Below are positions 39,937 to 48,689 of a stretch of 64,000 nucleotides of DNA, piece by piece. The stretch lies in assembly GCA_012798805.1 (NCBI GenBank), contig JAAZMM010000019.1:2771-66770 (forward strand), read 5' to 3'. Numbering within the stretch: position 1 is the first letter of the stretch; every line of letters starts with the position of its first letter. The position numbers were made by a program, and so were the translations under genes. Below the pieces are notes generated by a model. It did no database searches. It was not told the DNA's origin and saw nothing but the letters and a program-made list of their open reading frames with translations. Source of the DNA: Bacteroidales bacterium. GTDB lineage: Bacteria; Bacteroidota; Bacteroidia; Bacteroidales; UBA932.

Positions 39937-41937
39937 CTACTCTTCGCTCCTGCAATATTTCTGAATGACACTGTAGGCCTCCTGGATACCGAGCTCACCC
40001 GCCATACTCAGATCCATACAACCTTTTTCCTTATCCTTAAGATAGATCAGCACAAGGCCGCGATTGTAGTAGGCCTCGCCAATATTTGGATATAGTTCCA
40101 GAGCCTTTGTGTACTGTACTATTGATTCCGGAAGATCGTCGGATAGACAATAGAGGTTGCCGAGATTGTAATATATGTAGGGAAATGAGGGATCTATTGA
40201 GGCAGCCTTTTTCATATCATGTATAGCAGGAGTATAGTCGTATGAGTGACGTACCTGCTCCTGCACTCTTGTCTTGACTGTATTGTCATTGTCGAGAGTG
40301 AGCACGGGGACATTGTTTTCTATAGATGAGATAAAATCTATCATTTCCGCCTGTAGAGCCCCTCTGTTTATATAATAATAGATATTTTCCGGATTCTTTT
40401 CAATCGCTTCGTCATAGCAAACCATTGCAGTATTAAACTGCTTGTTATCCGTCTCAAGCAATGCTTTAGCAAAGAGATTGACATCAGTACGCGCAACACG
40501 GAGCCGACGATTGACCTCTTCACGAAGTATATGTGCATCAGGCAAGTAGCCGCCTTTTGATGATTCGAATTTAATAGAAATGGGAGAGGCGCTTATAAAT
40601 CGGTCGAGTGCCGAATCATCGAACCTGCGGTTGATGACGACGTTAACCTCCTGATGGGCATTATCCGGAGCCACTGCAGCAAACTTGTAGAGAGGTTTTA
40701 GGCGAATGTCCACATCTCTGTATTGTAGCAATTCATTGTCAAAATCCTTCTTCGCAAAATCTGCATCAAGGGCCAGTAAATGATCATATTTGCGCGTCGT
40801 ATCGGCAAAAGCGGCATATCCTGTGGAATCTGAAGTCTGAGCGCGGTATTCCTCTATTTTTCTTTGCGCTATTTCATAATCCTGACGCGAAGAATTGTAT
40901 TGTCCAAGCTGACTCTTTGCATAGGCTCGATTCATATAGGCCTTAGCAAAATCAGGATAAAGGTTAATAGCCTTGGAATAGTCATCCATCGCTTCACGAT
41001 AGCGGCCCATTTCCATATAAACGGCGGCACGGTTAAAGTAGGCCAGTACGTTATTTGGGTTGATAGCCAGCACTCTGTCGTAGTCCTCGAGGGCGTTGCG
41101 GTAATCCCCTACCTGAGCCCGGATGATTGCCCTGTTGTAGAGGGTAAGAGCATTGCCGGGTTCCTCCTCCAGCACTTTATTCAGGTCAGCCAGTGCCCCC
41201 TCTATATCCTTCAGTTCATGTCGGATAATAGCTCTGTTGAAGTACGCAAAAGTATTTGCAGTATCGAGTTTAATTGCGGTATTCAAGTCTTCGAGAGCGG
41301 GTTCCATCTCCTGCCTGAGTGCGTATATTCTGGACCTGCGCACATAGCCTTCGGGATCGTATCTATCTATGGAGATAGCTTTATTGTAGTCCTCAAGAGC
41401 TTTTGTGGTATCGCCCAGATAGAGGTAGGAAGCTCCCCTATTGAGATATGCACTACACTCGCGAGGTTCTTTTTTAATAAACATGTTGAAGTCCTTGACC
41501 GCCTTCTCGAACTGCTGAGAAAGAAAGTAGGTGACTCCCCTGCTGAAGTAGAGTCCGGTATATCCCGGACGCAGATCCACGGCCTCTTCAAGGTCCTTGA
41601 GTGCCAGATCATATTTACCTATTCTGCTAAGGGTAATGGCACGATAGTGATAGGCGGGAGTATATATTGGATTGAAGTGGATAGTCTTATCAAAGTCCAT
41701 CTGCGCTCCTACAAGATCACCAAGGTTGTATTTTGCAATGCCTCTGAAGAAATAAGCTTCGAATATGGTGCTATCCAAACGGGAAAGGATATTGAAACTC
41801 TCGATAGCGTTGGAATACTTGCCCTCTATCAGCGCCTGCCTTCCCCTGTAGTAAAAATGATCACGGTCGTACTGACACCAAACCGGTGCGGTGGTGACGA
41901 GAATTAAGAGGGGAATTAGAAGGGCTTTTTTGAACAT
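39937..41937 (-). CDS. secreted tetratricopeptide-repeat protein
   Basis: 667 aa from MFKKALLIPLLILVTTAPVWCQ (ATG at 41937). The track ORF extends 72 codons further upstream across the divergent promoter region and into the start of the M28 gene at 41978, which I consider spurious. It has many canonical TPR units (...AYFNRG...A..D...AI.L.P...). Confidence 0.8.
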   Translation of the reverse strand: MFKKALLIPLLILVTTAPVWCQYDRDHFYYRGRQALIEGKYSNAIESFNILSRLDSTIFEAYFFRGIAKYNLGDLVGAQMDFDKTIHFNPIYTPAYHYRAITLSRIGKYDLALKDLEEAVDLRPGYTGLYFSRGVTYFLSQQFEKAVKDFNMFIKKEPRECSAYLNRGASYLYLGDTTKALEDYNKAISIDRYDPEGYVRRSRIYALRQEMEPALEDLNTAIKLDTANTFAYFNRAIIRHELKDIEGALADLNKVLEEEPGNALTLYNRAIIRAQVGDYRNALEDYDRVLAINPNNVLAYFNRAAVYMEMGRYREAMDDYSKAINLYPDFAKAYMNRAYAKSQLGQYNSSRQDYEIAQRKIEEYRAQTSDSTGYAAFADTTRKYDHLLALDADFAKKDFDNELLQYRDVDIRLKPLYKFAAVAPDNAHQEVNVVINRRFDDSALDRFISASPISIKFESSKGGYLPDAHILREEVNRRLRVARTDVNLFAKALLETDNKQFNTAMVCYDEAIEKNPENIYYYINRGALQAEMIDFISSIENNVPVLTLDNDNTVKTRVQEQVRHSYDYTPAIHDMKKAASIDPSFPYIYYNLGNLYCLSDDLPESIVQYTKALELYPNIGEAYYNRGLVLIYLKDKEKGCMDLSMAGELGIQEAYSVIQKYCRSEE

Positions 41938-41951
41938 AATGACAAAAATAG

Positions 41952-41959
41952 TACTTTTG
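41952..41959 (+). promoter_or_regulatory. candidate -7 promoter box for the M28 peptidase gene
   Basis: TACTTTTG lies 18 nt upstream of the ATG at 41978. Confidence 0.45.
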
Positions 41960-41977
41960 CACTTTGTTTGAAAAAAA

Positions 41978-42919
41978 ATGAAAAAATTTGCACTCAGTAT
42001 ATTGTTCCTTCTTACGGCATCTTTGCTTTTTTCACAGGTACTATCCAAATACGAACAAAAGCTATACCGCGGCAAACAGCAGGAGATACTCTCACATATC
42101 GCTGACGATATGGCACAAGGACGTGCATCCGGCACAATAGGCAAACAGGCCATAGAGCAATATATAGTGCGCAGGTTCCGGGAATATGGGCTTAAGCCCT
42201 ACAACTGGCACTACATTCAGAGTGCCAGGTACAATGACTCTATAATAACAAGAAATGTGGTCGGAGTAATTCCTGCTGCGGTCCCAACTGACAAATATGT
42301 AGTAATAGGTGCCCATTACGACCATATCGGCGAGATCAACGGCATCATCTATAATGGGGCTGATGACAACGCTTCAGGCGTTACTGCTCTTATTAATCTT
42401 GCAGAGATGTTTTCTGCTATGAAAAAAGATGGCAATGGGCCGGGGAAAAACATTATATTCGTAGCATTTGACGGCAAAGAGTTCAACATGTGCGGCTCAG
42501 ATCATTTTGTCAAAAACCTGCCATTTCCGGCACGCAATATCACCTGTATGGTTAATATGGATATGATTGGTACCGACCTTGAACCTGTCGGATTCAGACG
42601 CGAATATCTTATTGCCCTTGGAGAAGAGCGACTTGACCCTAAGTACCGTGGGATATTGGGCTATCTAAGCCGGAGCAAAAAATATGAGATGGACCTTGAC
42701 CTGACATATTATGGCAGTAAAGACTTCACCAGGCTTTTTTACCGAATGAGTGATCAGCACTCTTTTGCCAAAGCGGGAATTCCGGCACTGCTATTCACCA
42801 GTGGCATTCACAAGCACACCTATAAGCCCTCCGATCTCCCCGAGATCATTAACTATGATGTGTTGAGAAAACGCACATTATTGATATTCAATTTCATCTT
42901 CAGAGTCTGCGAATACTAA
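41978..42919 (+). CDS. M28 family aminopeptidase
   Basis: 313 aa with a signal peptide, GAHYDHIG, GADDNASGVTALINLAE and FVAFDGKEFNMCGSDHF. Confidence 0.85.
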   Translation: MKKFALSILFLLTASLLFSQVLSKYEQKLYRGKQQEILSHIADDMAQGRASGTIGKQAIEQYIVRRFREYGLKPYNWHYIQSARYNDSIITRNVVGVIPAAVPTDKYVVIGAHYDHIGEINGIIYNGADDNASGVTALINLAEMFSAMKKDGNGPGKNIIFVAFDGKEFNMCGSDHFVKNLPFPARNITCMVNMDMIGTDLEPVGFRREYLIALGEERLDPKYRGILGYLSRSKKYEMDLDLTYYGSKDFTRLFYRMSDQHSFAKAGIPALLFTSGIHKHTYKPSDLPEIINYDVLRKRTLLIFNFIFRVCEY

Positions 42920-42943
42920 TTCCGGTTTTTGCGGATTATTCAC

Positions 42944-42951
42944 TATATTTG
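42944..42951 (+). promoter_or_regulatory. candidate -7 promoter box for the amidase-uvrB-rsh-uvrA string
   Basis: TATATTTG lies 50 nt upstream of the ATG at 43002. Confidence 0.35.
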
Positions 42952-43001
42952 TTGTTTATAACCCACGGTAAAAATCATCGTGCCGACAATATTTTTATAC
43001 A

Positions 43002-44519
43002 ATGAAATACATTAAATTTACTCTTGCGGCCATCGCTGCCTTTTTTATCTCTCAGACCTTAACAGCTCAAGTGCCCCTCAAAGTTGTCATCGGAGGAGAG
43101 GACACGGTTTACAACCGGAAACATACTATTGTGTGCATTACAGATCCCGGAAATGTTGCCGCTATAAATGAAAACCAGTTGAAGGTTTATCGCACAGGTG
43201 CTTTTGGAACTGAGCTTGATCTGAAACCCGGCCACAACAAAATTGAAATAACACTATTCAAAGGAAAAAACAGACGGATTGAAGTTCTCAATATTTATTA
43301 TGATCCTACCGCACAAAAACCTGAGCGTTCAGAACCAAAAATCACACTTTCAGAGGCGAAAGCGATCGTGGAAAAATCACAGTACAGGGAGGAATCTTTG
43401 TATGGCATCTCCCTTGATGGTGCCTATTTGCAGTTCGGTGATGGAGATGACCGTCTTGGTGGATCCAAAATGGGATATATTGATTCAGGAATAATATTCA
43501 AGATCGTCGCCTCTGTCGGTGACCTTTACAAAGTGCAGCTTTCACAAAATAAATTTGCCTACATCCCCAAAGAATATCTTGAAAGAACCGACGAAAGGAC
43601 TTACCAATCCAACACCGGCAGCTGGAGCGTTTCCAACCTCGGTAAAGCCGACAGAGTGAGCATCTCTCTGCCACAACGCCTCCCCTACACCTCCTGGACA
43701 CAACTTGACCCTACCACCATTTGCATCGATATCTTCGGAGCCACCAACAATAGCAACTGGATAACCCAGTACAGAGGTCTGCAGATGATTGACTATGTGG
43801 ACTACAGACAGGTGGATAGCGATGTATTCAGGGTCATCATCCGCCTCAAACACAAATATTGCTGGGGTTACAAAATCGGATATGAGGGAAACAACCTTGT
43901 CATCGACGTACGTCATACTCCTACACTTTCTCTCAACGGACTTAGGGTAGGTCTTGATGCCGGACACGGAGGTGATGCTCACGGCGCCGTCAGTATAACC
44001 GGCATAAGGGAAAAAGATGTAAACCTGAATATGGTATATTTACTCAAAAGAGCACTGGAATCCAAAGGTGCCACAGTTGTACTCAGCAGAAGTAACGACA
44101 CAAATGTGCCGATGAATGAAAGAAAACGTATCTTTAGAGAGAGTAATGTCCATATAGCACTCTCCATCCACAACAATGCCGGTGGCTCACCGGTCAACCC
44201 TATGGGATCAAGCACCTACTACAAGCACATCACCAATCGTGACTACGCTGAGACTATGCTTGAGAGACTCCTGGAACTTGGAGTGCCCAACTTTGGGCTT
44301 GTGGGTAATTTCAACTTTTCCCTGGCAGCACCCACAGAATACCCCGTGGTATTGCTCGAACTTCTCTTTATGAGCAGTATATGGGATGAAGACAAGCTTG
44401 CCGATCCCGACTTTCAAAAGCAAATAGTCAATAGTATCGTACTTGGACTTGAGGATTATCTCGAAAAGGTAAATGACTCCATTGAGGAGCCCGTTGTAAA
44501 AAAGAGGAAAAGAAGGTAA
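43002..44519 (+). CDS. N-acetylmuramoyl-L-alanine amidase (Amidase_3) with N-terminal extension
   Basis: 505 aa with a signal peptide and the C-terminal catalytic domain VGLDAGHGG...E(K)DVNL...SIHNNA. Confidence 0.85.
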   Translation: MKYIKFTLAAIAAFFISQTLTAQVPLKVVIGGEDTVYNRKHTIVCITDPGNVAAINENQLKVYRTGAFGTELDLKPGHNKIEITLFKGKNRRIEVLNIYYDPTAQKPERSEPKITLSEAKAIVEKSQYREESLYGISLDGAYLQFGDGDDRLGGSKMGYIDSGIIFKIVASVGDLYKVQLSQNKFAYIPKEYLERTDERTYQSNTGSWSVSNLGKADRVSISLPQRLPYTSWTQLDPTTICIDIFGATNNSNWITQYRGLQMIDYVDYRQVDSDVFRVIIRLKHKYCWGYKIGYEGNNLVIDVRHTPTLSLNGLRVGLDAGHGGDAHGAVSITGIREKDVNLNMVYLLKRALESKGATVVLSRSNDTNVPMNERKRIFRESNVHIALSIHNNAGGSPVNPMGSSTYYKHITNRDYAETMLERLLELGVPNFGLVGNFNFSLAAPTEYPVVLLELLFMSSIWDEDKLADPDFQKQIVNSIVLGLEDYLEKVNDSIEEPVVKKRKRR

Positions 44520-44528
44520 AAAGCAATA

Positions 44529-46520
44529 ATGGAGTTCAGGATCAGTTCATCATATAAACCTACGGGTGACCAGCCTGAAGCTATAGAGCAGATCTGCAAT
44601 TCGATCTGTGAAGGCACTCTGGCTACTACCCTTATGGGTGTGACAGGGTCGGGCAAGACCTTCACCATGGCCAATGTCATTGAAAGACTACAACGACCGA
44701 CACTTATCCTGAGCCACAACAAAACCCTCGCTGCACAGCTTTATGGTGAGTTTAAATCCTTCTTTCCCGACAATGCTGTAGAGTATTTTGTATCATACTA
44801 CGATTACTATCAACCTGAAGCATATCTGCCCACGACGGATACCTACATCGAGAAGGATCTCAGCATCAATGACGAAATCGAAAAACTCCGTCTGAGCACC
44901 TCCTCTTCCCTTCTTTCCGGAAGAAGAGATATTGTTGTGGTATCCTCCGTATCCTGCCTTTACGGTATTGGAAATCCCGAAGATTTTCACAGTACTACGA
45001 TCCATCTCAAGAGAGGGGAACTGTTTAGCCGCCAACAATTTCTTTACAAGCTGGTTGATGCTCTCTATTCACGCAATGAAGTTGAATTTAACCGTGGCAA
45101 TTTCAGGGTAAAGGGAGAGTGTGTGGAGATTTATCCCGCTTATGGAGATATTTCCGTTAGAGTGCTTTTTTTTGGAGATGAGATTGAGAGCATTGAGATT
45201 ACGGACCCCATCAGCGGTGCCACCCTTAATTATTTGGATGAAATTTCGATTTTTCCTGCAAACAATTTCGTTACCACCAAGGAACGAATTCGTAGTGCTA
45301 TCAGCAACATCCAGGATGATATGATGGTGCAATACAATTACTTCAGGGAGATTGGTAAGCATTTGGAAGCCAAGAGGCTCAAAAGCCGTGTAGAATATGA
45401 TCTGGAGATGATAAAAGAGATAGGGTACTGCCCGGGTATTGAGAACTATTCGAGATATTTTGACGGCCGCAAAGCAGGTGACAGGCCTTTCTGTCTGATA
45501 GACTATTTTCCGAATGATTTTCTGACATTTGTGGATGAGAGTCATGTCACATTACCTCAAGTGAGAGCAATGTATGGTGGAGACCGTTCCCGCAAGGAGA
45601 CACTTATCGAATATGGTTTCAGGTTACCGGCAGCTGCCGACAACCGTCCTCTGACATTTGATGAGTTTGAATCACTGATAGGCCAGCGTCTCTTTGTGAG
45701 TGCCACTCCGGGAGAGTATGAGTTGGAAGCTACAGGGGGTGTTATTGTTGAGCAAATAGTACGTCCCACAGGATTGCTGGATCCTCCTATTGAGATTCGC
45801 CCCATCGCTAACCAGGTAGATGATCTGCTGGAGGAGATAGAGATACGTGCCGAGCAAGATGAAAGAGTGCTCGTCACCACTCTGACCAAAAGGATGGCGG
45901 AGGAACTTGAGAAATATCTGACCAAGGCCTCAGTGAGAGCGCGTTATATCCATTCCGATGTAGATACGCTTGAGAGGGTTGAGATTATTGAGGATTTCAA
46001 GGAGGGCAGATTTGACGTACTGGTGGGAGTCAATCTGTTACGAGAAGGACTTGATATACCTTCGGTCTCACTGGTTGCCATACTGGATGCCGATAAAGAG
46101 GGATTTCTTCGCTCCGCCAGGGCACTTACACAAACCGCAGGAAGGGCAGCTCGCAACCTGAATGGCAAGGTAATAATGTATGCTGATACTGTTACCCGCT
46201 CCATGAAAGAAACAATAAATGAAACTGAAAGGCGCAGGGCTAAACAAGAGGCCTATAACAAAGCTCACGGTATTACTCCTACACAAGTGGCAGTCTCTTC
46301 AAGGAGCGCTCTCTCAAAAAGCACCTATAAGGCTGAAGAGGAAGCCAAGGTACGGCTACTTGCCGAGGACCCCGTTATCAGCAGGATGTCTCCGGCAGAA
46401 TTGGTTCGGGCAGTAGAAGCTGCCAAAAAGAAGATGGAGGAGTCTGCAGCTGAACTTGATTTCATCCTTGCTGCAAAATATAGGGATGAGATGAATTCCC
46501 TAAAGAAATTATTGAAATAG
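44529..46520 (+). CDS. uvrB: excinuclease ABC subunit B
   Basis: 663 aa with YKPTGDQPEAI, GVTGSGKTFTMA, helicase motifs and a C-terminal UVR domain (ELDFILAAKYRDE). Confidence 0.95.
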   Translation: MEFRISSSYKPTGDQPEAIEQICNSICEGTLATTLMGVTGSGKTFTMANVIERLQRPTLILSHNKTLAAQLYGEFKSFFPDNAVEYFVSYYDYYQPEAYLPTTDTYIEKDLSINDEIEKLRLSTSSSLLSGRRDIVVVSSVSCLYGIGNPEDFHSTTIHLKRGELFSRQQFLYKLVDALYSRNEVEFNRGNFRVKGECVEIYPAYGDISVRVLFFGDEIESIEITDPISGATLNYLDEISIFPANNFVTTKERIRSAISNIQDDMMVQYNYFREIGKHLEAKRLKSRVEYDLEMIKEIGYCPGIENYSRYFDGRKAGDRPFCLIDYFPNDFLTFVDESHVTLPQVRAMYGGDRSRKETLIEYGFRLPAAADNRPLTFDEFESLIGQRLFVSATPGEYELEATGGVIVEQIVRPTGLLDPPIEIRPIANQVDDLLEEIEIRAEQDERVLVTTLTKRMAEELEKYLTKASVRARYIHSDVDTLERVEIIEDFKEGRFDVLVGVNLLREGLDIPSVSLVAILDADKEGFLRSARALTQTAGRAARNLNGKVIMYADTVTRSMKETINETERRRAKQEAYNKAHGITPTQVAVSSRSALSKSTYKAEEEAKVRLLAEDPVISRMSPAELVRAVEAAKKKMEESAAELDFILAAKYRDEMNSLKKLLK

Positions 46521-46529
46521 TAGAATAAA

Positions 46530-48680
46530 ATGGTTCCCGAAATATTAAAAAATATAATCAAAAACTATAATGAAGAGGAGGCTGCGATGGTCAAACGAGC
46601 TTATCGCATAGCTGAATCCGAGTTGAAGGGAATAGAGCGCGGCAATAACAGCCCCTTTATCGGACACCCGCTGGGAGTGGTCTCAATTATTTCGGAAATT
46701 GGGCTTGTAGCTGATTCCATAACAGCTGTTTTTTTACATGAGGCCAATCGTTTCAAAGCAGAAAACCCATCCGAACTCAATAAAACGACACTTTTCAAGA
46801 GTTACTCCTCTAATTTCCCTAATGATGTAGTTGAAATCGTCACGGGACTCAACAACATAGCTTCAATAAAGTTACAGGAGACCAATCTCGATGCTGAACG
46901 TTACCGCAAACTTATCGTCTCTTACTCTAGTGATCCCAGGGTGATCCTGATTAAGCTTGCGGACAGAATGGAGGTTATGCGTAACCTCGACCTATTGCCT
47001 GCGTCCAAGCACAAGTCAAAAATAATGGAGACTATGTTGCTCTATATACCGCTGGCCCACCAACTTGGACTTTATCGCATCAAAAGCGAACTGGAAGACC
47101 TTTTTCTCAAATATGCGGAACCGGAACAGTATCGTGCCATCACCAACAATCTCAAGGCCACTAAAAGGGATCGGGATCAGTTGATGAAACGATTTGTAAA
47201 CCCTCTTAAAGACAAACTTAGCCGTAACGGCATTAATTATACCTTGAAAGCACGCACAAAAAGTGCCTATTCTATCTGGAAAAAGATGCAAACCCAAAAA
47301 ATCTCATTTGAGAATGTACACGATGTGTTTGCAATCAGATTTATTATAGATTCCCCACCCGAAAGAGCGAAGGAACAGGAGCTGTGCTGGAAGGTTTACT
47401 CCCTTGTAACAGAAGAATATCAACCCGACACCTCGCGGCTGCGCGACTGGATTACAATACCAAAGGAGAATGGCTATGAATCTCTCCATACTACTGTACA
47501 ATACAAAGAAGGTGTCTCAGTTGAAGTGCAGATACGCACCACCAGAATGGACTACGAGGCAGAGCATGGTCATGCGTCGCACTGGTCATACAAGGGCATC
47601 AAAAGCGAAAGCGGCGTTAGTAGCTGGCTCGACAGGGTTAGAACGCTGATGCAGGATGGGGATGCGCTAAAATACAAACAGGTCTCCCCTATTTTGCTCA
47701 ACGAGATATTTGTTTTCACTCCTACCGGAGACCTCAGACAACTTTCTGAAGGTGCAACCGTGTTGGACTTTGCATTTGACATCCACACAAATCTGGGAAT
47801 AAAGTGCTCCGGGGGCCGCGTCAATGGAAAAATGGTTTCCATTAAGGAGAGACTCAAAACCGGTGACGTGGTAGAGATAATAAGCAATAAAAACCAGAAA
47901 CCCACCGCTGACTGGCTCAACATAGCTGTGACATCCAAGGCCAGGAGTAAAATCAGACAGAGACTCAAAAAGGAGGAGAATAAGAGAGCTTACGCCGGAA
48001 GGGAAATTCTCGAAAGAAGGCTTAAAAACTGGAAAATCGAAATAAATGATGAGATTCTCCACTCCCTGATAAAAAAATTCAAACACAAAACCATCAACGA
48101 GTTTTATAGTGCCATCGGGGATGGGGCCATCAATATGATTGAACTAAAGGAGTACCTTTCTGAGGACAAAAAACAAGAGAAAGCAGCCGACACACCCGAA
48201 AAGGTAATCAAAAGCACAATAAAGGAGGATTCTTCAGACTATCTGATAATTGATGGTAAATTGGGAAATGTCGATTATAGAATGGCAAAGTGTTGTAACC
48301 CTATTTTCGGAGATGAAGTATTCGGCTTCGTAACTATTAGAGAGGGCATTAAGATCCACCGAATTTCCTGTCCCAATGCTGCACGCCTGATAGAGGCTTA
48401 CCCCTATAGAATTCAAAAGGTAAAATGGAGAGAAAATCTAAGTAAAGGTAGTTTCCAGGTAACTTTACGTATAATAGCTGACGGAGATTTCGCCACCACC
48501 AACAAAGTCATAACGGCCGTTAATTTATTCAAAGCCTCCATTCGCTCTTTCAATGTCAATGAAAAGAGAGGAGCTTTCGAAATAACAATGCAACTCTATG
48601 TTCCCAACAATCTGGAACTAGATAAGATAATGGCTTCACTCAAGAAACTTGGGTATGTAAGGCAAGTAACAAGGCTATAG
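46530..48680 (+). CDS. bifunctional RelA/SpoT-homologue (p)ppGpp synthetase/hydrolase
   Basis: 716 aa with an HD domain (GHPLGV...FLHEA), a synthetase domain (AYSIWKKM...DVFAIRFI...GYESLHTTV), a TGS domain ([11 protein letters not shown]) and a C-terminal ACT-like domain. Confidence 0.92.
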   Translation: MVPEILKNIIKNYNEEEAAMVKRAYRIAESELKGIERGNNSPFIGHPLGVVSIISEIGLVADSITAVFLHEANRFKAENPSELNKTTLFKSYSSNFPNDVVEIVTGLNNIASIKLQETNLDAERYRKLIVSYSSDPRVILIKLADRMEVMRNLDLLPASKHKSKIMETMLLYIPLAHQLGLYRIKSELEDLFLKYAEPEQYRAITNNLKATKRDRDQLMKRFVNPLKDKLSRNGINYTLKARTKSAYSIWKKMQTQKISFENVHDVFAIRFIIDSPPERAKEQELCWKVYSLVTEEYQPDTSRLRDWITIPKENGYESLHTTVQYKEGVSVEVQIRTTRMDYEAEHGHASHWSYKGIKSESGVSSWLDRVRTLMQDGDALKYKQVSPILLNEIFVFTPTGDLRQLSEGATVLDFAFDIHTNLGIKCSGGRVNGKMVSIKERLKTGDVVEIISNKNQKPTADWLNIAVTSKARSKIRQRLKKEENKRAYAGREILERRLKNWKIEINDEILHSLIKKFKHKTINEFYSAIGDGAINMIELKEYLSEDKKQEKAADTPEKVIKSTIKEDSSDYLIIDGKLGNVDYRMAKCCNPIFGDEVFGFVTIREGIKIHRISCPNAARLIEAYPYRIQKVKWRENLSKGSFQVTLRIIADGDFATTNKVITAVNLFKASIRSFNVNEKRGAFEITMQLYVPNNLELDKIMASLKKLGYVRQVTRL

Positions 48681-48689
48681 TAAGGCATA

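Noticed and set aside
40864-41907. A 347-aa plus-strand ORF, and many other 60-180-aa ORFs lying antisense inside large genes (e.g. 2659..3162, 5566..6114, 7049..7483, 12400..12894, 34357..34827)
   Set aside because: These are shadow ORFs opposite genes with strong family signatures. Their sequences are compositionally odd and have no recognisable motifs.
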